DNA from: Geobacter metallireducens GS-15
GTDB lineage: Bacteria; Desulfobacterota; Desulfuromonadia; Geobacterales; Geobacteraceae
Reading direction: 5' to 3'
Assembly (NCBI RefSeq): GCF_000012925.1
Contig: NC_007517.1
Coordinates: forward strand, 1,860,001-1,892,000
Length of the DNA: 32,000 nucleotides
A program made the translations under genes and the position numbers. Under the pieces are notes generated by a model, which worked only from the letters and a program-made list of their open reading frames with translations, ran no database searches and was not told the origin of the DNA. The first letter of the stretch is position 1. Each line of letters opens with the position of its first letter. Of this stretch, positions 1 to 9,100 are shown piece after piece.

Positions 1-483
1 GGAATCATTGAAGAAGTGATGGATGAAAACGGTTCTGATGTTGGTTTCGATGAATGCGGAAGGCACGGAGAAGGCAAAGGCAGCCACGGCTCGTGCTGTG
101 TAGTGTCCTATGCCGGGGAGCTTTTCCAGTTCCGCGATGGTGGAGGGAAGGGTGCCGCCATATTCTGTTACGACTGCTTCGGAGCACCGCTTCAGATTGA
201 GGGCGCGCCGGTTGTAGCCGAGCCCTTGCCAGGCGGCAAGAACCGCGTCAAGTGGGGCTGCGGCAAGGGCCCTGAAATCGGGGAACGCCGAAAGGAATGA
301 CATATACTTACCTGTCACCCTGTCGACCTGGGTTTGCTGAAGCATTATCTCGGAAACGAGGATGGCGTAGGGGTCACTGGTTTCACGCCACGGAAGGGTG
401 CGCCCGTGGCGCCGGTAGTGGCCATAAACAATCTGTCGGAAGAGGGTGGCAGCCTCCGGGGTGAGTCCCCCGGAGGTATACAT
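1..483 (-). CDS. HhH-GPD base-excision DNA glycosylase, MutY/EndoIII-like (N-terminal 161 codons; continues off the left edge)
   Basis: It is not in the ORF track because no stop lies inside the window. My hand translation of the reverse strand from the ATG (complement of 481-483) is open to nt 1. It reads MYTSGGLTPEAATLFRQIVYGHYRRHGRTLPWRETSDPYAILVSEIMLQQTQVDRVTGKYMSFLSAFPDF...AAWQGLGYNRRALNLKRCSEAVV...LEKLPGIGHYTARAVAAFAF, which is the classic MutY/Nth helix-hairpin-helix pattern. It starts 24 nt after the upstream gene's stop. Confidence 0.75.
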   Translation of the reverse strand, partial: MYTSGGLTPEAATLFRQIVYGHYRRHGRTLPWRETSDPYAILVSEIMLQQTQVDRVTGKYMSFLSAFPDFRALAAAPLDAVLAAWQGLGYNRRALNLKRCSEAVVTEYGGTLPSTIAELEKLPGIGHYTARAVAAFAFSVPSAFIETNIRTVFIHHFFNDS

Positions 484-506
484 TTCCCTGATGTGGCTTT
501 CCAGGC

Positions 507-917
507 TCAATGGTCGTGATAGCCGAGAACGACCAGGATGCAGGTCCCGTCGGCAATGACGCTGATTCCGTGTCTGCGGCATGCCTCCACGGCGGCATCG
601 CTTTCAGCGCCCGGTTGCATCCAGATGTTCTTGATCCCCTTGCGGGCCGCCATCTCAACCACCTGCTCGGTCACCGGGGGAGGGGTAATCACCGAGATGC
701 TCTCCACGTCATCCGGAAGACCCGTTACGTTCGGAACGCACGCCGTTCCCTCGATTTCCTGCTCCTTTGGATTGACCGGGATAACCCGCAGGTTCTTCTG
801 CTGGTAAACGCGCAACACCTTGTTGCCGTACTTGTGTCGGTCCGCCGAAGCGCCGACAACGCCAAAGGCCTTTGACTGGAAAAAGAGATCAAGCTGTTCC
901 TTGGTATTCATGGTCAC
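507..917 (-). CDS. CoA-binding domain protein (YccU/YneT-like)
   Basis: The 136-aa ORF contains FGVVGASADRHKYGNKVLRVYQQKN...VIPVNPK...IWMQPGAES, typical of small CoA-binding (Rossmann-like) proteins. A GGGAGGAG RBS lies upstream. Confidence 0.85.
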   Translation of the reverse strand: MTMNTKEQLDLFFQSKAFGVVGASADRHKYGNKVLRVYQQKNLRVIPVNPKEQEIEGTACVPNVTGLPDDVESISVITPPPVTEQVVEMAARKGIKNIWMQPGAESDAAVEACRRHGISVIADGTCILVVLGYHDH

Positions 918-951
918 TCCTCCCTGAAGCGTCTTTGGTCACTAGTATCCG

Positions 952-1317
952 TCATTTCAGATGCTTTGCAACCAGCATCTCGATAAGTTCACCGATGGTT
1001 GTCCGTTTGTGTGCCGCGGCAATCTTCAGCTTCAGGTGGAGATCCTCGCGGATATTCGCCGTGAGGCGCACATCCCCCTCGGGCACCAGTCCCGATGTAG
1101 AACGGGCCTTGGCCGTTCCTTTGCTCTTACCTCGCGCTTTCTGGCTCGGTTTCCTCGTTGCGGCTTGTTCCCGGGCAACGACTTTTTTTACTTCCTTTTT
1201 CTTGGGCGTTTCCGAATCTTTTCCTCTGGCAGCCTTCTTCGGAGCGGGCTTCTTCTTTTCCGGTTCCGCAGGGGTTTCAAAGAGGGCCATTTGCCCTTCA
1301 AGGGGTTCGCTGTTCAT
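952..1317 (-). CDS. Ribbon-helix-helix (CopG/Arc/ParG-like) DNA-binding protein with a long Lys/Pro/Ala-rich N-terminal tail
   Basis: 121-aa ORF. The C-terminal DVRLTANIREDLHLKLKIAAAHKRTTIGELIEMLVAKHL fits a beta-strand/helix/helix RHH pattern. Roughly residues 15-75 are basic low complexity (EKKKPAPKKAARGK...KKKEVKK...KARGKSKGTAKAR). Confidence 0.7.
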   Translation of the reverse strand: MNSEPLEGQMALFETPAEPEKKKPAPKKAARGKDSETPKKKEVKKVVAREQAATRKPSQKARGKSKGTAKARSTSGLVPEGDVRLTANIREDLHLKLKIAAAHKRTTIGELIEMLVAKHLK

Positions 1318-1406
1318 GTTGACCTCCCGGCATGCAAATCAATGCGAAATTTAACCATACATACTTACCCAAGTAAACAGAAAGGTCTCGCCAACAGGGA
1401 GATATT

Positions 1407-1435
1407 TTGCATTTTGGCACCTCCCATGGTACTAT
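1407..1435 (+). promoter_or_regulatory. Candidate sigma70 promoter of the queD operon (TTGCAT-N17-TACTAT)
   Basis: TTGCAT lies at 1407-1412, followed by a 17-nt spacer and TACTAT at 1430-1435, about 50 nt upstream of the queD ATG. Motif match only. Confidence 0.35.
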
Positions 1436-1485
1436 CGCCTCGCTAAAAAAGCTGCTAATGAAATCATTGATCAGGGGAGCAACCA

Positions 1486-1854
1486 ATGTACAAATTGGCG
1501 ATTCACACATCTTTTGCCGCTGCCCATTGTCTCATCAACTACCAGGGAGACTGCGAGAACCTCCACGGGCACAACTGGAAGGTGGAAGTGACCGTGACGG
1601 CCCGGGAGCTTGACAAGGCCGGCCTCGGGATCGATTTTAAAATCCTCAAGCAGGAGACGAACGCAATCCTGCGCACCCTCGATCATAAATACCTCAACGA
1701 GTTGACCCCGTTCCGGGAAATTTCCCCGTCTTCCGAGAACATTTCCCGCTTTCTCTACGAGGAGCTTTCCAAGCGGCTCAATGACGGCAATGTCAAGGTC
1801 GAGAGCATCACCGTCTGGGAGTCGGACAACGCTGCCGCCACCTACTATGAGTAA
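1486..1854 (+). CDS. queD: 6-carboxy-5,6,7,8-tetrahydropterin synthase
   Basis: The 122-aa ORF contains AAHCL...CENLHGHNWKVEV...LDHKYLNE, the QueD/PTPS signature with Zn-binding His residues. A GGGGAG RBS sits 7 nt upstream. Confidence 0.93.
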   Translation: MYKLAIHTSFAAAHCLINYQGDCENLHGHNWKVEVTVTARELDKAGLGIDFKILKQETNAILRTLDHKYLNELTPFREISPSSENISRFLYEELSKRLNDGNVKVESITVWESDNAAATYYE

Positions 1855-2599
1855 GCCGACCGCAGAGCTGGCCGAAGTTTTTTCCTCTGTCCAGGGAGAG
1901 GGGATGCTGATAGGGCTGCGGCAGGTTTTCGTCCGTTTTCGTGGCTGTAATCTCACCTGCGACTATTGCGACACCCCCACTGAAATAACCGCCGAGCCCT
2001 GCCTTGTGGAGCAGACTCCCGGCCGGCGCGACTTTGTCCCCACCGCCAACCCCGTGGCCCTGGATCGTATCGTCTCACTCATCGACGGATGGCAGCGGGG
2101 ATGGCCGGGGGTCCACCATTCAATCAGCATTACCGGCGGGGAACCGCTTCTCAGTCACACCGTTCTTTCGGCCTGGCTCCCGGAACTGAGAAATATCCTT
2201 CCCGTCTATCTGGAAACCAACGGCATCATGCACTCGGTCCTTGGGCTTCTCATAGACCATATCGATATCATCGGCATGGACATCAAGATCCCTTCCACCT
2301 CGGGATGCACCGGCCTGTGGGACGACCACCGGAGTTTTCTTCAAATTGCCGCCAGAAAGAATGTCTTTGTAAAAATTATCGTAGGGGATGAAACGGAGGA
2401 ATGGGAAATTATCCGCGCCAGTGAACTGATTGCCGCCATAAACAGCCATATTCCCCTGATCCTCCAGCCCGTCACCGAACCGGGGGGGAGAGTTGGCATT
2501 AACCCCGTCAGGGCGCTGGAATTCCAGGAGATTGCCTGCCGCCACCTGGATGAAGTTCGCATCATCCCCCAGACCCACAAGTTCATGGCCCAGCTGTAA
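1847..2599 (+). CDS. queE: 7-carboxy-7-deazaguanine synthase (radical SAM)
   Basis: The product is MSKPTAELAEVFSSVQGEGMLIGLRQVFVRFRGCNLTCDYCDT..., showing the QueE N-terminus and a CxxxCxxC cluster. The start ATG at 1847 overlaps the queD stop (ATGAGTAA). The track ORF start at 1781 is an out-of-context extension inside queD. Confidence 0.9.
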   Translation: MSKPTAELAEVFSSVQGEGMLIGLRQVFVRFRGCNLTCDYCDTPTEITAEPCLVEQTPGRRDFVPTANPVALDRIVSLIDGWQRGWPGVHHSISITGGEPLLSHTVLSAWLPELRNILPVYLETNGIMHSVLGLLIDHIDIIGMDIKIPSTSGCTGLWDDHRSFLQIAARKNVFVKIIVGDETEEWEIIRASELIAAINSHIPLILQPVTEPGGRVGINPVRALEFQEIACRHLDEVRIIPQTHKFMAQL

Positions 2600-2616
2600 G
2601 GGAGGACGGGAGCAAC

Positions 2617-3336
2617 GTGATCGTCGAAACAATGACCATGGTCGAATTCGAGGAGGGGCTGAAGCGGACCAGGACGGTTTTCGTCCCCTTCGGGTCCGTT
2701 GAAGAGCATGGTTGCCATCTGCCGCTTTCCACCGACACCATCCAGGCCTACGAGGTGGGGAAGAAGGCAGCCCTGCAGATTTCGCTCTTCGTGGCCCCGC
2801 CCATTCACTACGGCTCTTGCCGCTCCACCTCATGCCACCCCGGCACCATCTCCATCACCACCGCAACCCTCAAGTGCCTCATGAAAGACATCGTTCGCTC
2901 GCTCTACGCGCAGGGGATGAGGAATTTCATCATTCTTACCGGCCATGCAGGGGGCTCCCACCGCATGGCCCTTCAGGACGCCGGCGAGGAGCTTCTGCCG
3001 GAGATTCCCGACATCAGGATTGCGGTCGTCACCGAATACGAGCTTGCCAGCCGGGAAGGGAAAGGGATCATCGAGACGGAAGGGGACGCCCATGCCGGCG
3101 AGATCGAGACGTCGCGGATTCTGCACACCCATCCGCATCTGGTGCAGGGAAGGGGAGAGCGGGAATTCCCCTCGTTCCCCACGGGCATCCTAGTCCGGAA
3201 CAAGAGGAAATACTGGCCGAACGGCGTCTGGGGCGATCCCGCCAAAGCCACCGCCGAAAAGGGGAAACGGCTGGAAGAGCTGGTCGTGAAAAAGATTGTC
3301 GAACTTGCTGCGGCACTGGAACAGTTTCAGGAGTGA
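2617..3336 (+). CDS. Creatininase-family metal-dependent amidohydrolase (creatinine amidohydrolase/ArfB/MftE superfamily)
   Basis: The 239-aa ORF contains VPFGSVEEHGCHLPLSTD, LTGHAGG and DAHAGEIETS, the creatininase-fold metal-ligand motifs. The GTG start sits 9 nt after an AAGGGAGGA RBS and 17 nt after the queE stop. Confidence 0.85.
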   Translation: MIVETMTMVEFEEGLKRTRTVFVPFGSVEEHGCHLPLSTDTIQAYEVGKKAALQISLFVAPPIHYGSCRSTSCHPGTISITTATLKCLMKDIVRSLYAQGMRNFIILTGHAGGSHRMALQDAGEELLPEIPDIRIAVVTEYELASREGKGIIETEGDAHAGEIETSRILHTHPHLVQGRGEREFPSFPTGILVRNKRKYWPNGVWGDPAKATAEKGKRLEELVVKKIVELAAALEQFQE

Positions 3337-3411
3337 ACAGGGGCCGGACTCCTATCCATGATCCAACGCACAGGGACGGGGCGATTATGGTGGGTAAGGG
3401 AAAGCGGTTTG

Positions 3412-3440
3412 TTGTGTATTGCACATTTTTGGTGTAGTAT
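3412..3440 (+). promoter_or_regulatory. Candidate sigma70 promoter of the TA operon (TTGTGT-N17-TAGTAT)
   Basis: The hexamers lie at 3412-3417 and 3435-3440 with a 17-nt spacer. They overlap a weak TGTG-N5-CACA dyad that could be an autoregulatory operator. Motif match only. Confidence 0.3.
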
Positions 3441-3464
3441 TGAGCATGAAGGGAGGTGCTCACA

Positions 3465-3872
3465 ATGCTGCTGACTCAGATTCGACCGTCGGAAATTGAC
3501 CTGCACAGCACGGAAGCACGCGGCGCCTTGGCCAAAATGATCATCAAGCTCTTTACCCATTGGGGGCTGTCGACTGCCGACCAACTGGAATTGCTGGGCC
3601 TCAGCCCGAAGAGCCGCGGTCTTCTCGCGAAGTATGCAAAAGGTGAGGCTTTACCTGAAGGGCGCGACTCCCTTGACCGGGTCGGTTATCTTCTGTCAAT
3701 TCACAAATCGCTGCGGCTGCTCTATCCATACAATCCCGAAATCCGTTATTCCTGGGTGAATCGACGCAACACGGCATTCAACAATCTCACCCCTCTGGCG
3801 GTTATGAAGGAACAGGGAATTATCGGGCTCGCCAGGGTGGCGCGATATCTCGATTATTACCGAGGGCTCTAG
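3465..3872 (+). CDS. Xre/MbcA/ParS-like antitoxin (DUF2384-type toxin-binding domain)
   Basis: The C-terminal half (...AFNNLTPLAVMKEQGIIGLARVARYLDY) matches the antitoxin partner domain of RES toxins. I prefer the ATG at 3465 (GGGAGG RBS 8 nt upstream) over the track's GTG at 3456. The stop overlaps the toxin's start (TAGTG). Confidence 0.8.
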   Translation: MLLTQIRPSEIDLHSTEARGALAKMIIKLFTHWGLSTADQLELLGLSPKSRGLLAKYAKGEALPEGRDSLDRVGYLLSIHKSLRLLYPYNPEIRYSWVNRRNTAFNNLTPLAVMKEQGIIGLARVARYLDYYRGL

Positions 3873-4558
3873 TGAAGGCCCTGTTCGTAAGAACCAATGA
3901 TTTCCAGGGGGACGTATTCCGGAATATCGTCTCATTGCGTGAATCGCTCGATCTCTTTGACGATCTCACCGACGAGGCGGGCCAGAGTCAGTATGCGACC
4001 GTTGCTGAAGCAAGAGTTAAAGAATTAATTCCCATCGGCCTGATCGATAGGGGTTTTCACTACACGACAGCCATTGACTACCCGTTCACCAAAGAGCCAT
4101 TTTTACTTTCGCGCTATGGGAACGGGACGTTCGGCGTGTGGTATGGTTCCCTGCAATTGGAGACCAGCATCCATGAAACCGTCTTCCATATGATGAGAGA
4201 GGAATCGATGGTTGAAGGGGTAACGGGGCGATTGGTGCGGGAAAGGGCTGTCTACCTGGTCCGCGCCCGCGCTGTTCTGATAGATCTGGTCGGGAAGGAA
4301 AAGCGATACCCGGATCTTGTTTCCGATGATTACAGCTTCACGCAGCAGATCGCTGAACGATTGCACAAAGAAGGGCATCCCGGGCTGCTGGCTCCCTCGG
4401 CGCGGTGTGCTGGAACGAACGTGGTGGCGTTCACCCCGAATATCCTGAATGACCCGCGGGTGAACTGTTATCTGACCTATACCTACGATTACCAGGCAAA
4501 GAGTGTCGAGGTTGAGCGGCAGCCTGGAGATGTCATTTATTCTCATCAGTTCACTTAG
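3872..4558 (+). CDS. RES-domain toxin (MbcT/ParT family NAD-utilising toxin)
   Basis: The R-E-S signature appears in order: LLSRYGNGTFGVWYGS (Arg), LETSIHETVFH (Glu), GLLAPSARCAGTNVVAF (Ser). At 228 aa it is translationally coupled to the upstream DUF2384 antitoxin. Confidence 0.85.
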   Translation: MKALFVRTNDFQGDVFRNIVSLRESLDLFDDLTDEAGQSQYATVAEARVKELIPIGLIDRGFHYTTAIDYPFTKEPFLLSRYGNGTFGVWYGSLQLETSIHETVFHMMREESMVEGVTGRLVRERAVYLVRARAVLIDLVGKEKRYPDLVSDDYSFTQQIAERLHKEGHPGLLAPSARCAGTNVVAFTPNILNDPRVNCYLTYTYDYQAKSVEVERQPGDVIYSHQFT

Positions 4559-4576
4559 GCGGATTTTTGAGAGAGC

Positions 4577-4603
4577 GCTGGCACCTGCGACCCTGGTGCC
4601 AGC
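4577..4603 (+). other. Perfect 9-bp stem-loop (GCTGGCACC-N9-GGTGCCAGC) downstream of the RES toxin gene
   Basis: I read it directly: the arms are 4577-4585 and 4595-4603 with a 9-nt loop. No clean U-tract follows (AATGAATTTC), so it is at best an atypical terminator or an RNA stability element. Confidence 0.35.
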
Positions 4604-4629
4604 AATGAATTTCACAAATGGAGGGAAAC

Positions 4630-4914
4630 ATGGCAGTAACCGTTGTTGCAAAGGTTGTCGTGAAAAAGGAGTTCATCGAACCGGTAAAAGCCGAGCTTCT
4701 CAAGCTGGTCGACCCGACGCGGCGAGAGAGAGGGTGCATGGAGTACAGACTCCATCAGGACAACGAAGATCCTGGGGTGTTCATATTTTATGAGAACTGG
4801 GAAAGCATGGCCTCCCTGGAGCAGCACATGAACAGCGACCATTTCAGGAACTATGTCTCTGCAGTAGAAGGAAGGCTTGTCAAGAAGGTCGTGAATAAAA
4901 TGACCGGAATCTGA
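4630..4914 (+). CDS. Antibiotic-biosynthesis-monooxygenase (ABM) domain protein, YgiN-like
   Basis: MAVTVVAKVVVKKEFIEPVKAELLKLVDPTRRERGCMEYRLHQD...PGVFIFYENWESMASLEQHMNSDHF is a typical ABM ferredoxin-like fold pattern. The ATG at 4630 has a GGAGGG RBS 4 nt upstream. The track start at 4618 lies within that RBS. Confidence 0.8.
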   Translation: MAVTVVAKVVVKKEFIEPVKAELLKLVDPTRRERGCMEYRLHQDNEDPGVFIFYENWESMASLEQHMNSDHFRNYVSAVEGRLVKKVVNKMTGI

Positions 4915-4952
4915 GTTGATGTACCATGGACTTTGGCGAAACGATAAAGTGA

Positions 4953-6113
4953 GTGATGACTGAAACCGCACCACCTCGCATGGACCTTCGCCTGGCCGCG
5001 CTCCTGATAGGGGTCATCCTTTCAACGGTCGATTCCAGCGCACTCAACCTGGCTCTGCCGACCCTCGCCGCCCATTTTGGAACCGATGCCAGCGCCGTCC
5101 AGGGGGCAATTTCGCTCTATCTGGTCGGTTCTGCCCTTGCGTTTCTTCCCCTCTCCAGCATTGCCGGACGGGTCGGGACAGTCAGGGTCTACCGCGTGTC
5201 CCTGGCTGCGTTCGCCGTCATCTCCCAATTCCTTGCCTTTTCTCCAAACCTTCAGACGCTGCTTGTACTCCGTTTTCTCCAGGGAATTGCCGGTGCCGGC
5301 ATTGTCGGTCTTGTCCCGGGGATGACTGCCGCCACCTTCAGGGAGCACCGGGGATGGGCGTTGGGCATGGTTTCCGGCTCGGTGGCCGCGGGTACCCTGA
5401 TCGGCCCGCCCCTCGGGGGCTTCCTGGTTGAATGGTTGGGTTGGCGTTCCATCTTCTACATAAACCTTCCGTTCGGCTTGCTGGCGTTGTTGTTGTCGAG
5501 CCGTTTGACCGAACTTATGGGTGTCGGCCTTGTCGAGGGACTGCGACGGATTATCCGTGCTCCCCGTTTCATCTTGGCACTGACCTCCACTGTCTGCTTT
5601 TTCATCCACTCCTTCGGCACCAACCTCATCTGGCCCTTTTATCTGGAAGCGGGAGGGATGTCTCCCGCCAAGGTGGGGCTGTTCATGCTGGTTCCGCCCG
5701 TCATGCTCATGGTCGCCGGTCCATCGTGCGGCAAGATGTCCGACAGTAGAGGGTATGACCGGGTAAGCTGGCTTGGGAGTGCCGTGCTGATGGCTGCTTC
5801 CCTGGGCCAGGGGCTCAGCGGCTCCGTTATCATCGGCTTGATGGGGATCGGCATCGGGAGGGCACTGTTCCAGGCTGCCAACAACGCGGCCGTTTTGTCA
5901 CAGGCTCCCGAGGGGACGAACACGGTCGCCTCTGGCCTTCTGTCCATAGCCAGAGTGAGCGGTCAGGCGTTGGGAAGCGTTCTTGCCGGTATCTTATGGG
6001 GAAAACTGGAACATGGCGGCACCAGCAGGGCGTTTCTCGTGGTCAATCTGGTGATGGCCGCTGTCGCCGCACTCGCCGGGTGTCTGATCATCGGACGGAG
6101 TCGGATCAAGTAA
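4953..6113 (+). CDS. MFS transporter (12 predicted TM segments, drug/H+ antiporter-like)
   Basis: The 386-aa hydrophobic ORF has an N-terminus (LSTVDSSALNLALPTLAAHFG) and LRFLQGIAGAG resembling DHA-type MFS motifs. I count about 12 hydrophobic spans. The start could be the GTG at 4953 or the ATG at 4956. Confidence 0.85.
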   Translation: MMTETAPPRMDLRLAALLIGVILSTVDSSALNLALPTLAAHFGTDASAVQGAISLYLVGSALAFLPLSSIAGRVGTVRVYRVSLAAFAVISQFLAFSPNLQTLLVLRFLQGIAGAGIVGLVPGMTAATFREHRGWALGMVSGSVAAGTLIGPPLGGFLVEWLGWRSIFYINLPFGLLALLLSSRLTELMGVGLVEGLRRIIRAPRFILALTSTVCFFIHSFGTNLIWPFYLEAGGMSPAKVGLFMLVPPVMLMVAGPSCGKMSDSRGYDRVSWLGSAVLMAASLGQGLSGSVIIGLMGIGIGRALFQAANNAAVLSQAPEGTNTVASGLLSIARVSGQALGSVLAGILWGKLEHGGTSRAFLVVNLVMAAVAALAGCLIIGRSRIK

Positions 6114-6141
6114 TCGCGGATCAGCGATAGTGGTCAGCGAA

Positions 6142-9100
6142 TTATCGACGCAGGGTCCTCTTCGAACGCCAATTGCCCACCCATTCACTCATACGTTCCA
6201 GGACCACATAGAACACCGGAACGAACGGGATGGCGAGAAGGGTGGAGGAGATCATGCCCCCGAAGACGACAGAGCCGATGGCACGTTGGCCCGCCGAACC
6301 CGCTCCGAACGCGACCACAAGCGGAACGACTCCCAGGATGAACGCGAACGAGGTCATGACGATCGGACGGAACCGGCGGCGGGTTGCCTCGATGGCGGCC
6401 TCGGCTATGGACATCCCTCCGTGGTGGAGGTCGCGGGCGAATTCCACGATAAGGATGGCGTTTTTGCTCGCCAGTGCAATCATCAGCACCAGCCCCACCT
6501 GGGTATAGAGGTTGTTGTCGTAGCCCCGGATGATGAGGGCCAGAAGGACTCCGACCAGCGCTATCGGGACCACGAGAATGATCGCTGCGGGCGAAGTCCA
6601 GCTTTCGTACAGGGCCGCCAGGACCATGTAGACCAGGATGACGGAGAGGGCGTAGATGAAGTAGGCTTGTTTGCCCACCTTCTTTTCCTGGAAGCTGGTG
6701 GAGGTCCAATCGAAGTCAATCCCCTCAGGGAGCTTTTCGGCGGCCATCCTCTCCATCAGAGTCAGGGCCTGACCGGAGCTGAAGCCGGGGGCGGCAGAGC
6801 CGAAAATGGCGGCGGCCGGGTAGAGGTTGTACCGGGTTATCAGTTCGGGGCCCTGGGTCTGCCTGACATTAATCAGGGCGCCGAGGGGAACCATCTCCCC
6901 CCGTTGGTTGCGCACATAGAGTTTTCCTATGTCCTCGGGCCTGATGCGGTAAGGGCTGTCGGCCTGAATATAGACCTGGAAGACCTGGTTGTATTTGTTG
7001 AAGAGGTTCACGAACGAGGAACCGAGGTATGCCTGGAGGGTCTCGAAGACATTCGACAGGGGCACCAGGAGGGCCTCCGCCTTGGTCCTGTCGATATCCA
7101 GGTACAATTGGGGGCTGCTTAGGCTGAAGGTGGAGGCGAGGCCCTTCAGGTTAGGCTGTGAGTTGCCGCTCCGCATCAGCTCGTCAGCGGCATCCTTGAG
7201 CCGTTCAAGACCGACGCTCCCCCGATCCTCCACCATCATCTGGAAACCGCCAGTCTGACCGAGGCCCCGGATCGGCGGAGGGATGACCACAAACGCCTGT
7301 GCCTCCTGGATCTCGGCAAGCTGGCGATTGATGCTCGCTATGATCCTGTCCTGGTTCAGGGCGGAGCCCCGCTCGCTCCAGTCTTTGTAAACGACGAAGG
7401 TGGTGGACATGTTTGAGACGTTGGCACCATCCAGGATCGACAACCCGCCGATGTGGACCCAGAAGTCGACACCGGAGGTCTTTTTGAGAATCTCGTTGAT
7501 CTGCACCGCCACCTTCTCCGACCTGGGCTGTGAGGCCCCTTCGGGGATGCGGGACACCAGGACGCCGTAACCCTGGTCCTCGGTGGGGAGAAAGCCGAGG
7601 GGGCGATTTATGAATACCAGGAAAGAGGTTGTGACGATGATGGCGAAAATGACAACGAACAGGACCGGCCGTTTCACCATCCGGGCGACGATCCCAATGT
7701 AGACATTGGTGAAGGACTGGAACGCCCGGTTGAATCCCCGGTAGAACCAGTTAGGCCGCTTTTCCCCGCGCGGCCTCAGCCACAAGGCGCACTGGACCGG
7801 CTTCAGGGTAAGTGCGTTGATGGCGCTGATCACGGCCGTTGAGGCGATTACCAGGGCGAACTGGCGGAATATCTGCCCGGTGATTCCCGGGAAGAAGGCC
7901 GCCGGAAGGAAGACCGCGACCAGGGCAAGGGTAATCCCCATCACCGGCCCGGTCAGTTCCCGCATCGCCTTGATGGTGGCCTCCTTCGGGGCAAGCCCCT
8001 TTTCGATATAGTATGAACTGCTCTCCACGATAACGATGGCGTCGTCCACCACGATCCCGATGACCAGCACCAGCGCGAACAGGGTCATCAGGTTGATCGT
8101 GAAACCGAGTCCGGCCATGGCGATAAAGGCGCCAATGATGGTGACCGGCACAGTGGTGGCCGGAACCAGCATCGCCCTGATGTTCTGCAGGAACAGGAGG
8201 ATGACGAAGAGCACCAGGAATGCGGCTATGAAGAGTGTGTCGTAGACGCTGGAGATCGCCTCCCTGACAAACTTGGTGGTGTCGTAGCGGATGGCGTATT
8301 TCATCCCGTCGGGGAATTTCTTGCTCATCCCGTCCAGGGCCTTGTAAACGCTGTCGGCCACATCGATGGCGTTGGCGTCCGGAAGGGCGAAAACCACGAT
8401 CTGGGCTGATTTGTGGCCGGTGAACCGGGCGTAATTGCTGAAGTTCTGCTGGCTCAGATCCACCCGTGCCACGTCTCGCAGCCGCACCACCTGCGGAGCC
8501 GGGCCGGTTGCGGTCTTGACGACGATATCTTCGAACTGCCCCACATCAGAGAGCCGGCCAAGGGTGGTAACGGTGAACTGGAAACTCTGGCTCGCCGGAA
8601 CCGGCGGGGCCCCGAGCTGTCCCGCCACCACCTGGACGTTCTGTCTCTGGATGGCGGTCAGAATGTCGCTTGTGGTGAGGTCGAAGCTCTGGAGTCTCTT
8701 GGCGTCGAGCCAGACCCTCATGCTGTAGGGACCAGCGCCGAATACCCGCACCTGGCCGACGCCGGGGAGCCTGGCCAGCGGGTTTTGCAGGTTTATGACG
8801 GCATAGTTGGAGAGGAAGATCTCCTCGAATCTCTCATCGTCCGCATAGAGGCTGGCCACCAGCAGGATGTTGGGCGAGACTTTTTTTACGGTGACTCCCT
8901 GCTGCTGCGCCCCGCCCGGAAGTTGGGCCAGGGAGGTGTTTACCAGGTTCTGGACAAGAGCCAGGGAGGTATTGAGGTCGGTTCCGACATCGAAGGTGAT
9001 GGTCAGGTTATAGGAGCCGTCACTCCCGCTGGTGGACGACATGTAGATGGAGCCTTCCACGCCGTTCACCGCCTGTTCGATAGGTACTCCGATGGTCGCC

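Noticed and set aside
16-300. 94-aa plus-strand ORF (and 60-aa minus ORF 5..187) at the left edge
   Set aside because: The region is fully explained by the edge-truncated MutY-like gene in another minus-strand frame. That gene was missing from the track only because it lacks an in-window stop.
1415-1432. Sigma54-like TGGCAC element upstream of queD (TGGCACCTCCCATGG); a similar TGGCAATTCCGGCAC upstream of glpK near 22795
   Set aside because: The -12 TTGC element is absent or mis-spaced in both. The queD site is better explained as the spacer of a TTGCAT-N17-TACTAT sigma70 promoter.
1436-1485. Possible preQ1 riboswitch in the queD leader (A-rich CUAAAAAAGCUGCUAA segment)
   Set aside because: I could not fold a convincing P1 stem or pseudoknot with the conserved C-rich loop around the A-tract. 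A leader of about 45 nt is barely long enough. Deciding this needs a covariance-model scan (Rfam preQ1-I/II/III).
2712-3437. 241-aa plus-strand ORF in an alternative frame over the creatininase-family gene
   Set aside because: It has His/Arg/Gly/Pro-rich composition with no motifs. The co-located frame has the creatininase metal-binding signatures.
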